This document shows positions 11,613-21,493 of a stretch of 64,000 bases of DNA, piece after piece; positions within the stretch are counted from its first letter, which is position 1; every line of letters starts with the position of its first letter. Source of the DNA: Methylohalobius sp. (GTDB taxonomy: Bacteria > Pseudomonadota > Gammaproteobacteria > Methylococcales > Methylothermaceae). Under the pieces are notes generated by a model. It was not told where the DNA came from and made no database searches. It was given only the letters and a program-made list of their open reading frames with translations. The stretch covers positions 45,324 to 109,323 of the forward strand of contig JAOAHI010000002.1 of the NCBI GenBank assembly GCA_026415315.1. Direction: 5' to 3'. A program made the translations under genes and the position numbers.

Positions 11613-12713
11613 ATGCAGTTTTTCATCACTCGTGAACCCTTGCTCGAGGCGCTGCACAAGGTGGTCGGCGTGATCGAGCGCCGTTCTACTCTGCCGATAC
11701 TGGCCAATGTCCTCCTCCGCGTCCAGGATGGCCGCTTGACCCTAATCGGCACCGATCTAGAGATTGAGCTCATCACTTCTTGCGAAGCAAGCGGTGACAG
11801 CGGTGAAACTACCGTGCCGGCACGCAAACTTTTGGACATCTGCCGCTTGCTCCCGCCAGGGACTTCTCTGCACTGTGCTCTAAAGGACAACAAAGCGCTA
11901 GAAATTAAAGCAGGCAAAAGCCGGTTTCAGCTCTCAGCTTTGCCCAGTGCCAACTTCCCTGAATTCACCCTACATGGCGAGAGCATTAAGACCCTAGTGA
12001 GAGGGGATGCGCTCAAAAAGCTTTTGGTTAAAACCATGTACGCTATGGCTCAGCAAGACGTGCGCTACTACCTCAACGGCCTGCTGCTGGAAATGGAGGG
12101 AACATTTATCCGCGCCGTCGCCTCTGACGGCCACCGCTTAGCCTGGTGCGAAGAACCCTTGGAAAGCGAGGTGGCCGGGATCCATCAGCCCATCCTACCA
12201 CGCAAAGGGGTGCAAGAACTCGTGCGCCTGCTGGAGGGTGAAGGATCCTTGCATCCCCTGCGTCTCACTGCCAACAATATCCGCTTGGAACTAGGCTTGA
12301 CGGTGTTCTCCGCCAAGCTAATCGACGCCCGCTATCCGGATTATCGGCGGGTTTTCCCAGAGAGCCTATCCCGCCGCTTAACCGTGAGCCGCTCGCAATT
12401 AAAAGAAGCTATCGGTCGGGTCTCTATTCTCTCCAACGAGCAGTACCGCGGCATCCGCCTAGACGTATCCCCAGACCTGTTGCGCCTCTCCACCCACAAT
12501 CCGGAGCACGAAGAAGCGGAAGAAGAAGTGGAAATCACCTACTTGGGCGAACCGTTCACAGTCGGTTTTAACGCTGCTTATCTTGCCGATGCGGTCTCTC
12601 ATCTGGACGCAGACACCATCCAGCTCTCTTTCTCCGACCAAAACTTAAGCTGCCTCGCTGAGGAGCCAGGCAACCCCTCGCTGCGCTACCTGGTCATGCC
12701 GATGCGATTATAG
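11613..12713 (+). CDS. dnaN: DNA polymerase III beta sliding clamp
   Basis: AQQDVRYYLNG, VASDGHRLA, KLIDARYPDYRRV, VMPMRL. Confidence 0.98.
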   Translation: MQFFITREPLLEALHKVVGVIERRSTLPILANVLLRVQDGRLTLIGTDLEIELITSCEASGDSGETTVPARKLLDICRLLPPGTSLHCALKDNKALEIKAGKSRFQLSALPSANFPEFTLHGESIKTLVRGDALKKLLVKTMYAMAQQDVRYYLNGLLLEMEGTFIRAVASDGHRLAWCEEPLESEVAGIHQPILPRKGVQELVRLLEGEGSLHPLRLTANNIRLELGLTVFSAKLIDARYPDYRRVFPESLSRRLTVSRSQLKEAIGRVSILSNEQYRGIRLDVSPDLLRLSTHNPEHEEAEEEVEITYLGEPFTVGFNAAYLADAVSHLDADTIQLSFSDQNLSCLAEEPGNPSLRYLVMPMRL

Positions 12714-12741
12714 GGGCAGGCCCAGAGAGCCACCTGCCCCT
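12712..12741. terminator. Hairpin between convergent dnaN and ftsZ
   Basis: AGGGGCAGG-12 nt-CCTGCCCCT inverted repeat, only a short T run. Confidence 0.55.
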
Positions 12742-12748
12742 TTGACAT

Positions 12749-13915
12749 TCAGTCCGCCTGCCGGCGCAGGAAAGCCGGAATATCTAAGTAATCCAGGTCT
12801 TCTTCGCTGCCTGCGCTGCTTGCCTGCAACCCACTGAGTTTGCGTACCCTTTCAGGTTGCTGACGAATAACGGTGGGCCGCTCCAACTTGTCGTAATCGA
12901 TCCGCCCATCGCTAGCTTTCTCTACCAATCGCACCGGTGCATCTGCAGTCGCCCGCGAGCTCTCAAGACCGGTGGCCACCACCGTCACCCGGATCTCATC
13001 CTGCAGCTCCGGATCGATGACCGTGCCGATTACCACCACGGCGTCCTCGGAAGCGAACTCCTTAACCACGTTGCCGACCACATCGAACTCGCCTATAGAC
13101 AGATCCAAACCGCCGGTGATGTTGACTAGGATCCCACGCGCGCCGTGCAAGTTGATGTTCTCCAGCAAGGGGCTGGCGATAGCCCGTTCCGCCGCCTCGC
13201 GGGCCCGATTGTCCCCACTGGCCGAACCGGTTCCCATCATCGCCATCCCCATCTCCGCCATCACCGTCCTAACGTCGGCAAAGTCCACGTTGATCAAACC
13301 CGGACGGGTGATGAGTTCGGCGATCCCTTGCACGGCTCCCAAAAGCACGTTGTTGGCCGCCGCAAACGCTTGGAGCAAAGAGGTATCCTTGCCCAAAACT
13401 GGCAGGAGCTTTTCGTTGGGGATAGTGATCAGCGAATCCACATACCGACTCAGTTCTTCGATCCCGCGCTCGGCAATCATCCGCCGCTTGTTGCCCTCAA
13501 AGGGAAACGGTTTAGTCACCACTGCGACCGTCAACGCCCCAAGATCCCGAGCGATTTCGGCAAATACCGGCGCCGCTCCGGTACCCGTGCCCCCTCCCAT
13601 GCCGGCGGTCAAAAAAACCATATCGGCACCGCGGATCACTTCCTGGATGCGGTCGCGGTCGTCCATGGCCGCCTGTTTTCCCACCTCAGGATTAGCGCCT
13701 GCCCCCAGACCCTTGGTCAACTCGCCGCCGATTTGCAACACCGTTTTGGCCGACACTCGCCTTAACGCTTGGGCATCGGTATTAGCACAGATAAATTCCA
13801 CGCCCTCGATGTTGCTACTGACCATGTAGTCCACAGCGTTACTGCCTCCGCCGCCGATGCCGATCACCTTAATGACCGCATTTTGGCCAAATTCGTCAAC
13901 CATCTCGAACTTCAT
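12749..13915 (-). CDS. ftsZ: Cell division protein FtsZ
   Basis: GGGTGTG tubulin motif, NVDFADV, C-terminal DIPAFLRRQAD. Confidence 0.99.
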   Translation of the reverse strand: MKFEMVDEFGQNAVIKVIGIGGGGSNAVDYMVSSNIEGVEFICANTDAQALRRVSAKTVLQIGGELTKGLGAGANPEVGKQAAMDDRDRIQEVIRGADMVFLTAGMGGGTGTGAAPVFAEIARDLGALTVAVVTKPFPFEGNKRRMIAERGIEELSRYVDSLITIPNEKLLPVLGKDTSLLQAFAAANNVLLGAVQGIAELITRPGLINVDFADVRTVMAEMGMAMMGTGSASGDNRAREAAERAIASPLLENINLHGARGILVNITGGLDLSIGEFDVVGNVVKEFASEDAVVVIGTVIDPELQDEIRVTVVATGLESSRATADAPVRLVEKASDGRIDYDKLERPTVIRQQPERVRKLSGLQASSAGSEEDLDYLDIPAFLRRQAD

Positions 13916-13964
13916 ATCTGCTCTCCTTAAAAGTTGTTAAAAACCCAAAACCCCTACCCACTGC

Positions 13965-15200
13965 TCAAAAATTCCCCTGAAACCAACTGCACATCCGCCT
14001 CCAAATCGCCGTCCACCCCGACTCCCTCTCCGTCAAACTAAAAGATGTGTGATGCTCATGCCCGAACAACAACAATCCCACCCCGGTAGCGAAAGCCGGG
14101 CTTTTGACCGCCTCGACCAGACCGGTCACGCGGCGAGGCAAGCCTAAACGCACCGGCATATGGAATATTTCTTCCGCCAGCTCCACCAAGCCTTCCAGCT
14201 TGGCGCTGCCTCCGGTTAAGACGATGCCGCCGGCGATCAAATCTTCAAAGCCGCTGCGGCGCAACTCGGTCTGGATCAGCAGGAGAAGCTCCTCACAGCG
14301 GGGCTCCACAATTTCGGCTAGGTTGTGGCGGGAGATCCGACGCGGTGGGCGATCCCCAATGCTGGGCACCTCGATTACGTCATCGATGTCAGCCAGCTGA
14401 ACCAAGGCGCACGCGTGCTCAACCTTGATCCTTTCAGCCTGCTGGATTGGAGTGCGTAACGCCACCGCGATGTCGTTAGTAATCTGATCACCGGCGATCG
14501 GAATCACGGCAGTGTGGCGGATGGCGCCATCGGTATACACAGCGATGTCTGTAGTCCCGCCCCCGATGTCGACCAGACACACTCCTAAGTTTTTCTCGTC
14601 TTCGCTTAAGACCGCGTAACAGGAGGCCAACTGCTCCAAAACGATGTCCTGGACTTCCAGGCCGCAGCGGCGCACGCACTTAACCAGATTTTGGGCTGCG
14701 CTGACCGCACCCGAGACGATGTGTACCTTGGCCTCCAACCGGATTCCCGCCATCCCAACCGGCTCCTTGATGCCTGTTTGGCTGTCTATGATGTACTCCT
14801 GGGGCAAAACGTGGAGGATTTTCTGGTCGGCTGGGATCGCTACCGCCCGCGCCGAATCCAATACCCGGTCCACATCGGCCTGGGTCACTTCTTTGTCTTT
14901 AATCGCTACGATACCATGGGAGTTGAGGCTGCGGATGTGGCTGCCAGCGATTCCCACATAGGCGGAATGAACTTGAAAACCAGCCATCAGCTCAGCTTCC
15001 TCTACCGCCCGTTGAATCGCCTGCACGGTGGACTCGAGGTTGACCACTACCCCCCGTTTCAGGCCTTTAGAGGGATGGACACCGATGCCAATGATCTCGA
15101 TTTCCTCATCCCTTACGCTATATTCACCTATGATCGCAGCCACCTTGGAAGTACCGATGTCAAGCCCCACGATGATGTTGCGGTCTCTGCGCCTTGCCAT
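13965..15200 (-). CDS. ftsA: Cell division protein FtsA
   Basis: GLDIGTSKV, DIGGGTTD, LTGGSAKL; start moved to ATG 15200. Confidence 0.98.
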   Translation of the reverse strand: MARRRDRNIIVGLDIGTSKVAAIIGEYSVRDEEIEIIGIGVHPSKGLKRGVVVNLESTVQAIQRAVEEAELMAGFQVHSAYVGIAGSHIRSLNSHGIVAIKDKEVTQADVDRVLDSARAVAIPADQKILHVLPQEYIIDSQTGIKEPVGMAGIRLEAKVHIVSGAVSAAQNLVKCVRRCGLEVQDIVLEQLASCYAVLSEDEKNLGVCLVDIGGGTTDIAVYTDGAIRHTAVIPIAGDQITNDIAVALRTPIQQAERIKVEHACALVQLADIDDVIEVPSIGDRPPRRISRHNLAEIVEPRCEELLLLIQTELRRSGFEDLIAGGIVLTGGSAKLEGLVELAEEIFHMPVRLGLPRRVTGLVEAVKSPAFATGVGLLLFGHEHHTSFSLTERESGWTAIWRRMCSWFQGNF

Positions 15201-15212
15201 ATCGCTCAAACC

Positions 15213-15980
15213 TTATGGATTTCGTTTTCCGTCTGAACCGGATTGGCGCAGACGAACCGCAAAACCGTGCTTATAGCGAGCGTCCAGCCGTTCAATCCGC
15301 TGCCTTTGACGCACGGTCAAGCTTCCCAAAAATTGGGCCACCCGAGCAAACACCTCCTGTGGCTTTTGCCGTCCTAAAACGATCACCATATCCGATGCTG
15401 GCTGCCCTTCAGACTCCAAGGTCAGCTGCCAAGATCGCCTGGCGTCTACTTCTAACTTACGGATTTTAAAATGCAAAGGTTTAAGAGCCTCGGCCATCTG
15501 ACAGTAAGCAGCAAACAGCAGCTTTTCGTGTCCGGGGGGACCGTCCAATCGAGGTAGGTTCGCAAACGAGGACATATCCTCCTTAGCCCCTCCATATGCA
15601 GCCGGAGTGAATTTCTCTCCCTGAGGACTAAACAAGTCTCTCTCCCCCCAACGGAGATAAGGGACTTTTTCGCTTACCTTCACCTCGATTACATCCGGCC
15701 AGATGCGCTCGACTTGCACCTTGTCCACCCAGGGATGCTGTTTAGCGGCCGCCGCCAATTCGGCCAGATTTAGGGTGAAGTAGCTTCGGTCCAAAAAAGG
15801 TCTAAGCAGCTTCTCTAGGTCATTCGGGCGCACATGCTCTAGCTGCCCTTCTAGCCGAACATATCGAATCGGAGCATGAACCAAAGCGCAGCGCGCCTTA
15901 TCTCTACACCAAACCCAACTCATTAACAAAAGTACCACTGCCAATCCTACCGTCCAACCAGCCGCCTTATACCTCGACAC
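15213..15980 (-). CDS. ftsQ: Cell division protein FtsQ
   Basis: N-terminal TM helix, POTRA domain (PWVDKVQVERIWPD), DARYKHGFAV; position in dcw cluster. Confidence 0.9.
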   Translation of the reverse strand: MSRYKAAGWTVGLAVVLLLMSWVWCRDKARCALVHAPIRYVRLEGQLEHVRPNDLEKLLRPFLDRSYFTLNLAELAAAAKQHPWVDKVQVERIWPDVIEVKVSEKVPYLRWGERDLFSPQGEKFTPAAYGGAKEDMSSFANLPRLDGPPGHEKLLFAAYCQMAEALKPLHFKIRKLEVDARRSWQLTLESEGQPASDMVIVLGRQKPQEVFARVAQFLGSLTVRQRQRIERLDARYKHGFAVRLRQSGSDGKRNP

Positions 15981-16896
15981 TAGTCTCCAGAATCTGCCAT
16001 ACCAATTCGTCGAATTCGATCCCAGCCGCGCGCGCTGCCATCGGCACCAAGCTGTGATCGGTCATGCCCGGCACCGTGTTGACTTCGATTAACCAAGGTG
16101 CGCCTTGATGATCCAGAAACAGGTCCACCCTGCCCCAGCCGGTCACGCCCAGCACCTGACAGGCACGCTTGGCTAATTCTTTAAGCCTTTGCTCCTCATC
16201 CGCAGGCAAACCGCAAGGGCACAGGTAACGGGTGCTTGTGGCCCGGTACTTGGCTTCAAAGTCGTAGAAGGTCCGCGGTGTCTCCAAGCGAATCAACGGC
16301 AGGATCTCATCTTTGAGCAAGGCAGCGGTATACTCGTCGCCATCTACCCAACACTCGGCAAACACTGGACAGCGGTAACGTTTGGCTTCTTCCCACGCCC
16401 ATGCTAACTCTCTAAGATCGCTGGCTTTGTTGGTGCCTATGCTGGAACCTTCTAGCGCCGGTTTGACAATCACTGGAAAACCCAAAGTCTCCGCACAGGG
16501 GGTTAAATCTGCCGCAGTCTCAAGCACATACCAAGCGGGAGTCGGCAGCCCGGCGCCGCGCCAACACAACTTGGTAGCCAGTTTATCCATACTTAAAGCA
16601 GAGCCGAGCACGCCGCTACCCGTGTAGGGCAGCCGCATGGCTTCCAATAATCCTTGGAGCACACCGTCCTCACCGCCGCGACCATGGACGATGTTGAACA
16701 CCCGATCAAAGCCCTGGCCCCACAAGGCTTGAAGCGGCCTATCGCCTATATCTACCGCCACCGCTTCCACCCCGAGGCGTTCAAGGGCCCTCCATACCCT
16801 CTGCCCAGAAAGCAAGGAGATCTCACGCTCGGCGCTTGCCCCCCCCATCGCCACCGCAACCCGCCCGAAGTCTTTTGGATGTTTAATCTGTCTCAT
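15967..16896 (-). CDS. ddl: D-alanine-D-alanine ligase
   Basis: GGASAEREISL, HGRGGEDG, GWGRVD, EVNTVPGMT; start moved to ATG 16896. Confidence 0.97.
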   Translation of the reverse strand: MRQIKHPKDFGRVAVAMGGASAEREISLLSGQRVWRALERLGVEAVAVDIGDRPLQALWGQGFDRVFNIVHGRGGEDGVLQGLLEAMRLPYTGSGVLGSALSMDKLATKLCWRGAGLPTPAWYVLETAADLTPCAETLGFPVIVKPALEGSSIGTNKASDLRELAWAWEEAKRYRCPVFAECWVDGDEYTAALLKDEILPLIRLETPRTFYDFEAKYRATSTRYLCPCGLPADEEQRLKELAKRACQVLGVTGWGRVDLFLDHQGAPWLIEVNTVPGMTDHSLVPMAARAAGIEFDELVWQILETSVEV

Positions 16897-17788
16897 TCCT
16901 CCCCCCCACACCCAAGATTTTGACTTCTGGCTCAAGCCTTATGCCAAAGCGGACCTGTACCTCCGCCTGAGCAAGGCAGATCAGGGCCTCGATATCAGCC
17001 GCTTGGGCCCCACCCAAGTTGAGGATGAAATTGGCGTGCACTTCCGAAATCTTGGCCAAACCAATCCGTTTACCCTTAAGGCCGCACACCTCGATCAGAC
17101 GCCCGGCTTTTTCACCCTCAGGATTTTTAAAGACCGAACCGCAGCTTGGCCAGCCCATCGGTTGGGTCTTATAGCGCTGGGTCAACAGGTGCCGGATACG
17201 CCATCTGCCAGCTTCTGGATCCCCTGGGGCAAAGCGCAGCCAAGCAGCCAGGAAGCACTCGCCCGCCGGCCCCTGCACGTTGCGGTAACCCACCTGGTAT
17301 TCGCATCGGCTACGGCGGTACACCTTGCCATGCCTGTCCGCTGTCTCTACTTCTTCGACCCAATCCCACGTCTCTCCACCAAAAGCTCCCGCGTTCATCG
17401 CCAACGCTCCGCCAAAACTGCCTGGGATCCCAGCCAGAAACTCCCCCCCTGAGAGGCCGTGTTCGAGGCAGAAACGCGCTACATGGGCACAAGGAACACC
17501 GGCCTCAACGTAAATTCGCCCCTGCTCGAGAAATAAGCGACGCAAGCCAGAGGTTAAAATCACCGTCCCTGGCACTCCGCCATCGCGCACCAGGACGTTG
17601 CTGCCCAAACCCAAGAGAGTCAAAGGCTCGCGCTCCGGCAAAGCGGCAAGAAACCCAACCAGGTCCTCTTTGGACGAAGGCTGAAATAGGCGTTCAGCTG
17701 GCCCGCCCACGCGCCAAGAAGTAAATCTGGCCAGCTTTACATGGTTTTTAAGTTCGCTGTGGGGCCAAAGCGCCTTTTCCATCCTCAT
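16883..17788 (-). CDS. murB: UDP-N-acetylenolpyruvoylglucosamine reductase
   Basis: GLGSNVLV, GIPGSFGGALAMNAGA, GSVFKNP, HANFILN. Confidence 0.97.
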   Translation of the reverse strand: MRMEKALWPHSELKNHVKLARFTSWRVGGPAERLFQPSSKEDLVGFLAALPEREPLTLLGLGSNVLVRDGGVPGTVILTSGLRRLFLEQGRIYVEAGVPCAHVARFCLEHGLSGGEFLAGIPGSFGGALAMNAGAFGGETWDWVEEVETADRHGKVYRRSRCEYQVGYRNVQGPAGECFLAAWLRFAPGDPEAGRWRIRHLLTQRYKTQPMGWPSCGSVFKNPEGEKAGRLIEVCGLKGKRIGLAKISEVHANFILNLGGAQAADIEALICLAQAEVQVRFGIRLEPEVKILGVGGRNETD

Positions 17789-19260
17789 CGTTTAAGCTCC
17801 TCCAAAGCCTGCGGCAGAGAGGCTGCCAACTGACCGATGCTGCCGGCACCCATGACTAGCACCACATCCTGCGGCTTAAGACAAGCCGCCAAAGCGGCAG
17901 GCACATCCGTTAAAGCCTCTAGCAGTCGAGGAGAGCGATCGAGCCTGGCGAGCTCTTGTACCAAAGCAAGGCTGTCGCCGCCGGGAAGCGGCTGCTCCCC
18001 GGCCGGATAGACCGGAAGCAGCAATACCTCGTCGGCTCGGCTTAGGACCTCAGCAAACTCGGTCAGCAGGGCGCGGGTGCGGGAATAGCGGTGAGGTTGG
18101 AATACCACTAATTGCCTGCGTTCCGGCCAGGCCTGTCTGGCTGCCGCAAATACGGCCGCTAATTCGCGCGGGTGATGGCCGTAATCGTCAACCAAAACGA
18201 CCTCGCCTCCACCCCAAGGTACGCGATGTACCCCAAATCTGCGCCCAACTCCAGCAAAATTGGCCAGCGCTTTTTGGATCGCCGATGGGGCGATATCCAA
18301 CTCCCGCGCCACGGCTATAGCCGCTAAAGCGTTCAGAAGGTTGTGGCGACCGGGAAGGTTTAGCTCCACCGGAAGAGGGCGAGCCAAGCCTTTGCCCTCG
18401 GCCACAAAATACGTTTTAAGTCCGGCGGGAGTAACGCTGTGGGCACGCAAATCAGCCTGCGGGTGAAAACCATACGTCCACATCGGCTTTTGGATCTCTG
18501 GCAGGATCTCCGACACCCCCGGATCATCCCGACAAACTACTGCTAACCCGTAAAAAGGGATATGGTGGAGAAATTCGACGAAGGTTTGCTGCAGACGTTT
18601 GAAATCGCCCTCATAGGTATCCATATGATCGCGGTCTACGTTAGTCACCACCGCTATGATCGGCTGCAAGTGCAGGAATGAGGCATCGCTTTCGTCGGCC
18701 TCGGCCACCAAGAAAGGGCTAGACCCAAGGGCAGCGTGGCTACCCCGGCTTTCAAGCCGACCCCCAATGACGAAAGTCGGATCCAGACCGGCTTCGGCCA
18801 AGATGCTGGCAATCAGGCTCGTGGTCGTGGTTTTACCGTGGGTTCCGGCGACAGCGATGCCAAAGCGGAAGCGCATTAATTCGGCCAACATCTCCGCACG
18901 CGAGATCACCGGGATGCGCAATCGCCGCGCAGCCACCCGCTCCGGATTGTCATCGGGCACAGCGCTGGAGACCACCACCACCTCTGCGCCGCGCACCCTA
19001 GCGGCATCGTGCCCCACGCTCACCTCCACTCCCAAAGCGCGCAGCCGCTGCAGAGTAATGCTCTCGCGCAGGTCCGAGCCCGATACCCGGTAGCCTAAAT
19101 TGACTAGCACTTCGGCAATCCCGCTCATGCCGGCCCCGCCTATGCCTATGAGGTGGATTCGACCGATCTTGGTGCAACGCCGCTTGATCTGCTCTTCCAC
19201 GGCCGACGATGACGGCAACCGGCCGGTCACTCCTATTTCTTGCCGCAACTTAGGCATCAT
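17785..19260 (-). CDS. murC: UDP-N-acetylmuramate-L-alanine ligase
   Basis: GIGGAGMSG, GTHGKTTT, EADESD, DDYGHHP; start moved to ATG 19260, which overlaps the murG stop. Confidence 0.97.
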   Translation of the reverse strand: MMPKLRQEIGVTGRLPSSSAVEEQIKRRCTKIGRIHLIGIGGAGMSGIAEVLVNLGYRVSGSDLRESITLQRLRALGVEVSVGHDAARVRGAEVVVVSSAVPDDNPERVAARRLRIPVISRAEMLAELMRFRFGIAVAGTHGKTTTTSLIASILAEAGLDPTFVIGGRLESRGSHAALGSSPFLVAEADESDASFLHLQPIIAVVTNVDRDHMDTYEGDFKRLQQTFVEFLHHIPFYGLAVVCRDDPGVSEILPEIQKPMWTYGFHPQADLRAHSVTPAGLKTYFVAEGKGLARPLPVELNLPGRHNLLNALAAIAVARELDIAPSAIQKALANFAGVGRRFGVHRVPWGGGEVVLVDDYGHHPRELAAVFAAARQAWPERRQLVVFQPHRYSRTRALLTEFAEVLSRADEVLLLPVYPAGEQPLPGGDSLALVQELARLDRSPRLLEALTDVPAALAACLKPQDVVLVMGAGSIGQLAASLPQALEELKR

Positions 19261-20324
19261 CGTAAGACTTCCTCCAAACAAATCTGCGCTACCGTCTCGG
19301 TAGCATCTAAGCGGGCTGCCTGCCGCGCTGCTTCCCCCATGGCTTGCAGGCGATCGGGATGAGTGATCAGTTCTGCCACCGCTGCTGAAAGACGGTCCGC
19401 TGTCAATTCCCGCTGTGGCAATAACCACGCTGCTCCCCGCTCTGCGAGGTACTTAGCGTTATGCGTCTGGTGATCATCTCGACAATACGGGTAGGGCACT
19501 AAAATCGCTCCTAGACCGATAGCTGCCAGCTCGCTCACAGTCATCGCACCTGCCCGACAGATCGCCAGATCCGCCCAGGAATAGGCTGCAGCCATATCGA
19601 CGATGAAAGCATCAACCCTGGCTTTCACAGCGGCATTGTGGTAGGCCGCCGTCACCTGGGCTTGCATAGCCGACCCGCTTTGATGCCAAACATCTATCCG
19701 GCTCCCCAAGGCGGAAAGGGCTCGGGGCACGATTTCGTTTAGGGGCTGGGCACCTTGGCTGCCGCCTAGGACTAAAATTCGAACTGGCCGTAAAGCGGGG
19801 GCCGAGCGGCGCTTTACTCCTGCCTCTTGGATTTCACGCCGTAAAGGGTTGCCAGTCCAGCACGGGCGAAAGCGATCGGCAAACGCGCCTGGGAACGCCT
19901 CCAACACGCGCCGCGCCCAGCGAGCCAGGAAACGATTGGTCGCTCCAGCTACTCGGTTTTGCTCATGGATTACCAGCGGAACTTTAAGCCCTACTGCCGC
20001 TATCCCGCCTGGACCAGCAACAAACCCCCCCATGCCCAAAACCACGTCTGGGCGGCGGCGACGAATGTGGCCAACTGCCTGGACAAGCGCTTTGACCAGC
20101 ATCCCTGGGGCCTGCAGCTTAGTCGAAAGCCCCGCTCCGCGCAGCCCGCTTACATCTAAAACGTCCAACTCAATGCCCGCCTCTGAGACCACCCGCGCCT
20201 CCAGTCCCCTGCGCGTGCCCATCCAGCTTACCCGATGGTCGTGTCTGCGCAACCAATCGGCCACTGCCAGGGCTGGAAACACGTGGCCGCCGGTCCCTCC
20301 GGCCAAAATCATGACCTTCGCCAT
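19257..20324 (-). CDS. murG: Undecaprenyl-PP-MurNAc-pentapeptide GlcNAc transferase
   Basis: GGTGGHVFP, HEQN, GNPLR, GGSQGA. Confidence 0.98.
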   Translation of the reverse strand: MAKVMILAGGTGGHVFPALAVADWLRRHDHRVSWMGTRRGLEARVVSEAGIELDVLDVSGLRGAGLSTKLQAPGMLVKALVQAVGHIRRRRPDVVLGMGGFVAGPGGIAAVGLKVPLVIHEQNRVAGATNRFLARWARRVLEAFPGAFADRFRPCWTGNPLRREIQEAGVKRRSAPALRPVRILVLGGSQGAQPLNEIVPRALSALGSRIDVWHQSGSAMQAQVTAAYHNAAVKARVDAFIVDMAAAYSWADLAICRAGAMTVSELAAIGLGAILVPYPYCRDDHQTHNAKYLAERGAAWLLPQRELTADRLSAAVAELITHPDRLQAMGEAARQAARLDATETVAQICLEEVLR

Positions 20325-21493
20325 AGCCCCCTCCTTAAGGAAACATCCTTGTTCGCGAGGGCCTTGGCTTTGGCTTCAGCATAGACGCGAGCCACCTGTC
20401 CTAAGGCCAGGCAACTCATTACTAAACTCCCCCCTCCATAACTCATCAGCGGCAAGGTCAACCCTTTGGTGGGGAGCACGCCTAAGTTCACGCCCATATT
20501 GACCAGCGCCTGCAGTCCCAGCCAGATTCCAACCCCGTAAGCGAGAAAAGCACCAAAGACCTCGCCAGCAACATGTGCGCATTGAGCGATAGCGAAGATC
20601 CGCCATACTAAAAGGCCAAACCCGGCTCCTACAGCCATCACTCCCACCAAGCCCAGTTCCTCCCCGACCACCGCGAGCAAGAAATCGGTATGGCCTTCTG
20701 GCAGGTAAAACATCTTCTGCACGCTGTTTCCCAGGCCGACCCCGAACCATCCACCGCGGCCAAAGGCGATCAACGCCTGCACTAGTTGATAGCCAGAATC
20801 CTGGGAATGGGCGAAAGGGTCGAAAAACGCTTCTAAACGCTTAAGGCGATAATCCTCCGCGACCACTAGCCCCACGGCCACAGCCGCCAGCCCACCAAGC
20901 AATGACAAAAGCGGCAAAACTCTCGCTCCGGCCAGAAACAACACCGTCACCGCCGTCGCCATCAGAATCGCTGCAGCGCCAAAGTCCGGTTGCCATAACA
21001 TGAGGCCAGCCCCTAGCGCCAACACAAAAAGCGGACGGTAAAGTCCCAGCGCGCGCCTGCGCAATTCTTCTCCGTGGCGAACTATGTAACTAGCCAGGTA
21101 GATATTGGCGATCCATTTGAATACTTCCGAGACCTGCACGCGCACTCCGCCCACACTTAGCCACCGCGTGCTGCCGTTGACGGTTACTCCCAATCCGGGC
21201 AGCTTAACTGCCAAAAGCAAGCCAAATCCTATGATCAGCAGCGCCGGCCACAGCCTAAGCCATTCTTTAAGAGGAACAGCGCAGACCAAGCCACCAGCGC
21301 CGAGCCCCAAGCCCAAGTGCAGCAATTGGTGCTTAGCAAAATGAAAACCGTCCTCGCTCAGATGGAGTGAGGCCGAAGTCATCATGACGTACCCCCCCAT
21401 GAGCAAGCCCAAAGTTACCGCCAGCAGCCAGCGGTCAACGAAAACCGCGGGAGGCGGGGCTTTGGCTCCAGGCGGAGGGATCACTGTTGCCAC
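20309..21493 (-). CDS. ftsW: SEDS peptidoglycan polymerase FtsW (start approximate)
   Basis: NGSTRWL, QPDFG, GYQLVQAL, YLPEGHTDF, PTKGLTLPLMSYGG. Confidence 0.96.
   Translation of the reverse strand: MATVIPPPGAKAPPPAVFVDRWLLAVTLGLLMGGYVMMTSASLHLSEDGFHFAKHQLLHLGLGLGAGGLVCAVPLKEWLRLWPALLIIGFGLLLAVKLPGLGVTVNGSTRWLSVGGVRVQVSEVFKWIANIYLASYIVRHGEELRRRALGLYRPLFVLALGAGLMLWQPDFGAAAILMATAVTVLFLAGARVLPLLSLLGGLAAVAVGLVVAEDYRLKRLEAFFDPFAHSQDSGYQLVQALIAFGRGGWFGVGLGNSVQKMFYLPEGHTDFLLAVVGEELGLVGVMAVGAGFGLLVWRIFAIAQCAHVAGEVFGAFLAYGVGIWLGLQALVNMGVNLGVLPTKGLTLPLMSYGGGSLVMSCLALGQVARVYAEAKAKALANKDVSLRRGLWRRS

Noticed and set aside
12972-13829. 285-aa plus-strand ORF opposite ftsZ
   Set aside because: Antisense shadow of a conserved GC-rich gene; Ser/Pro/Thr-rich, no motifs or RBS
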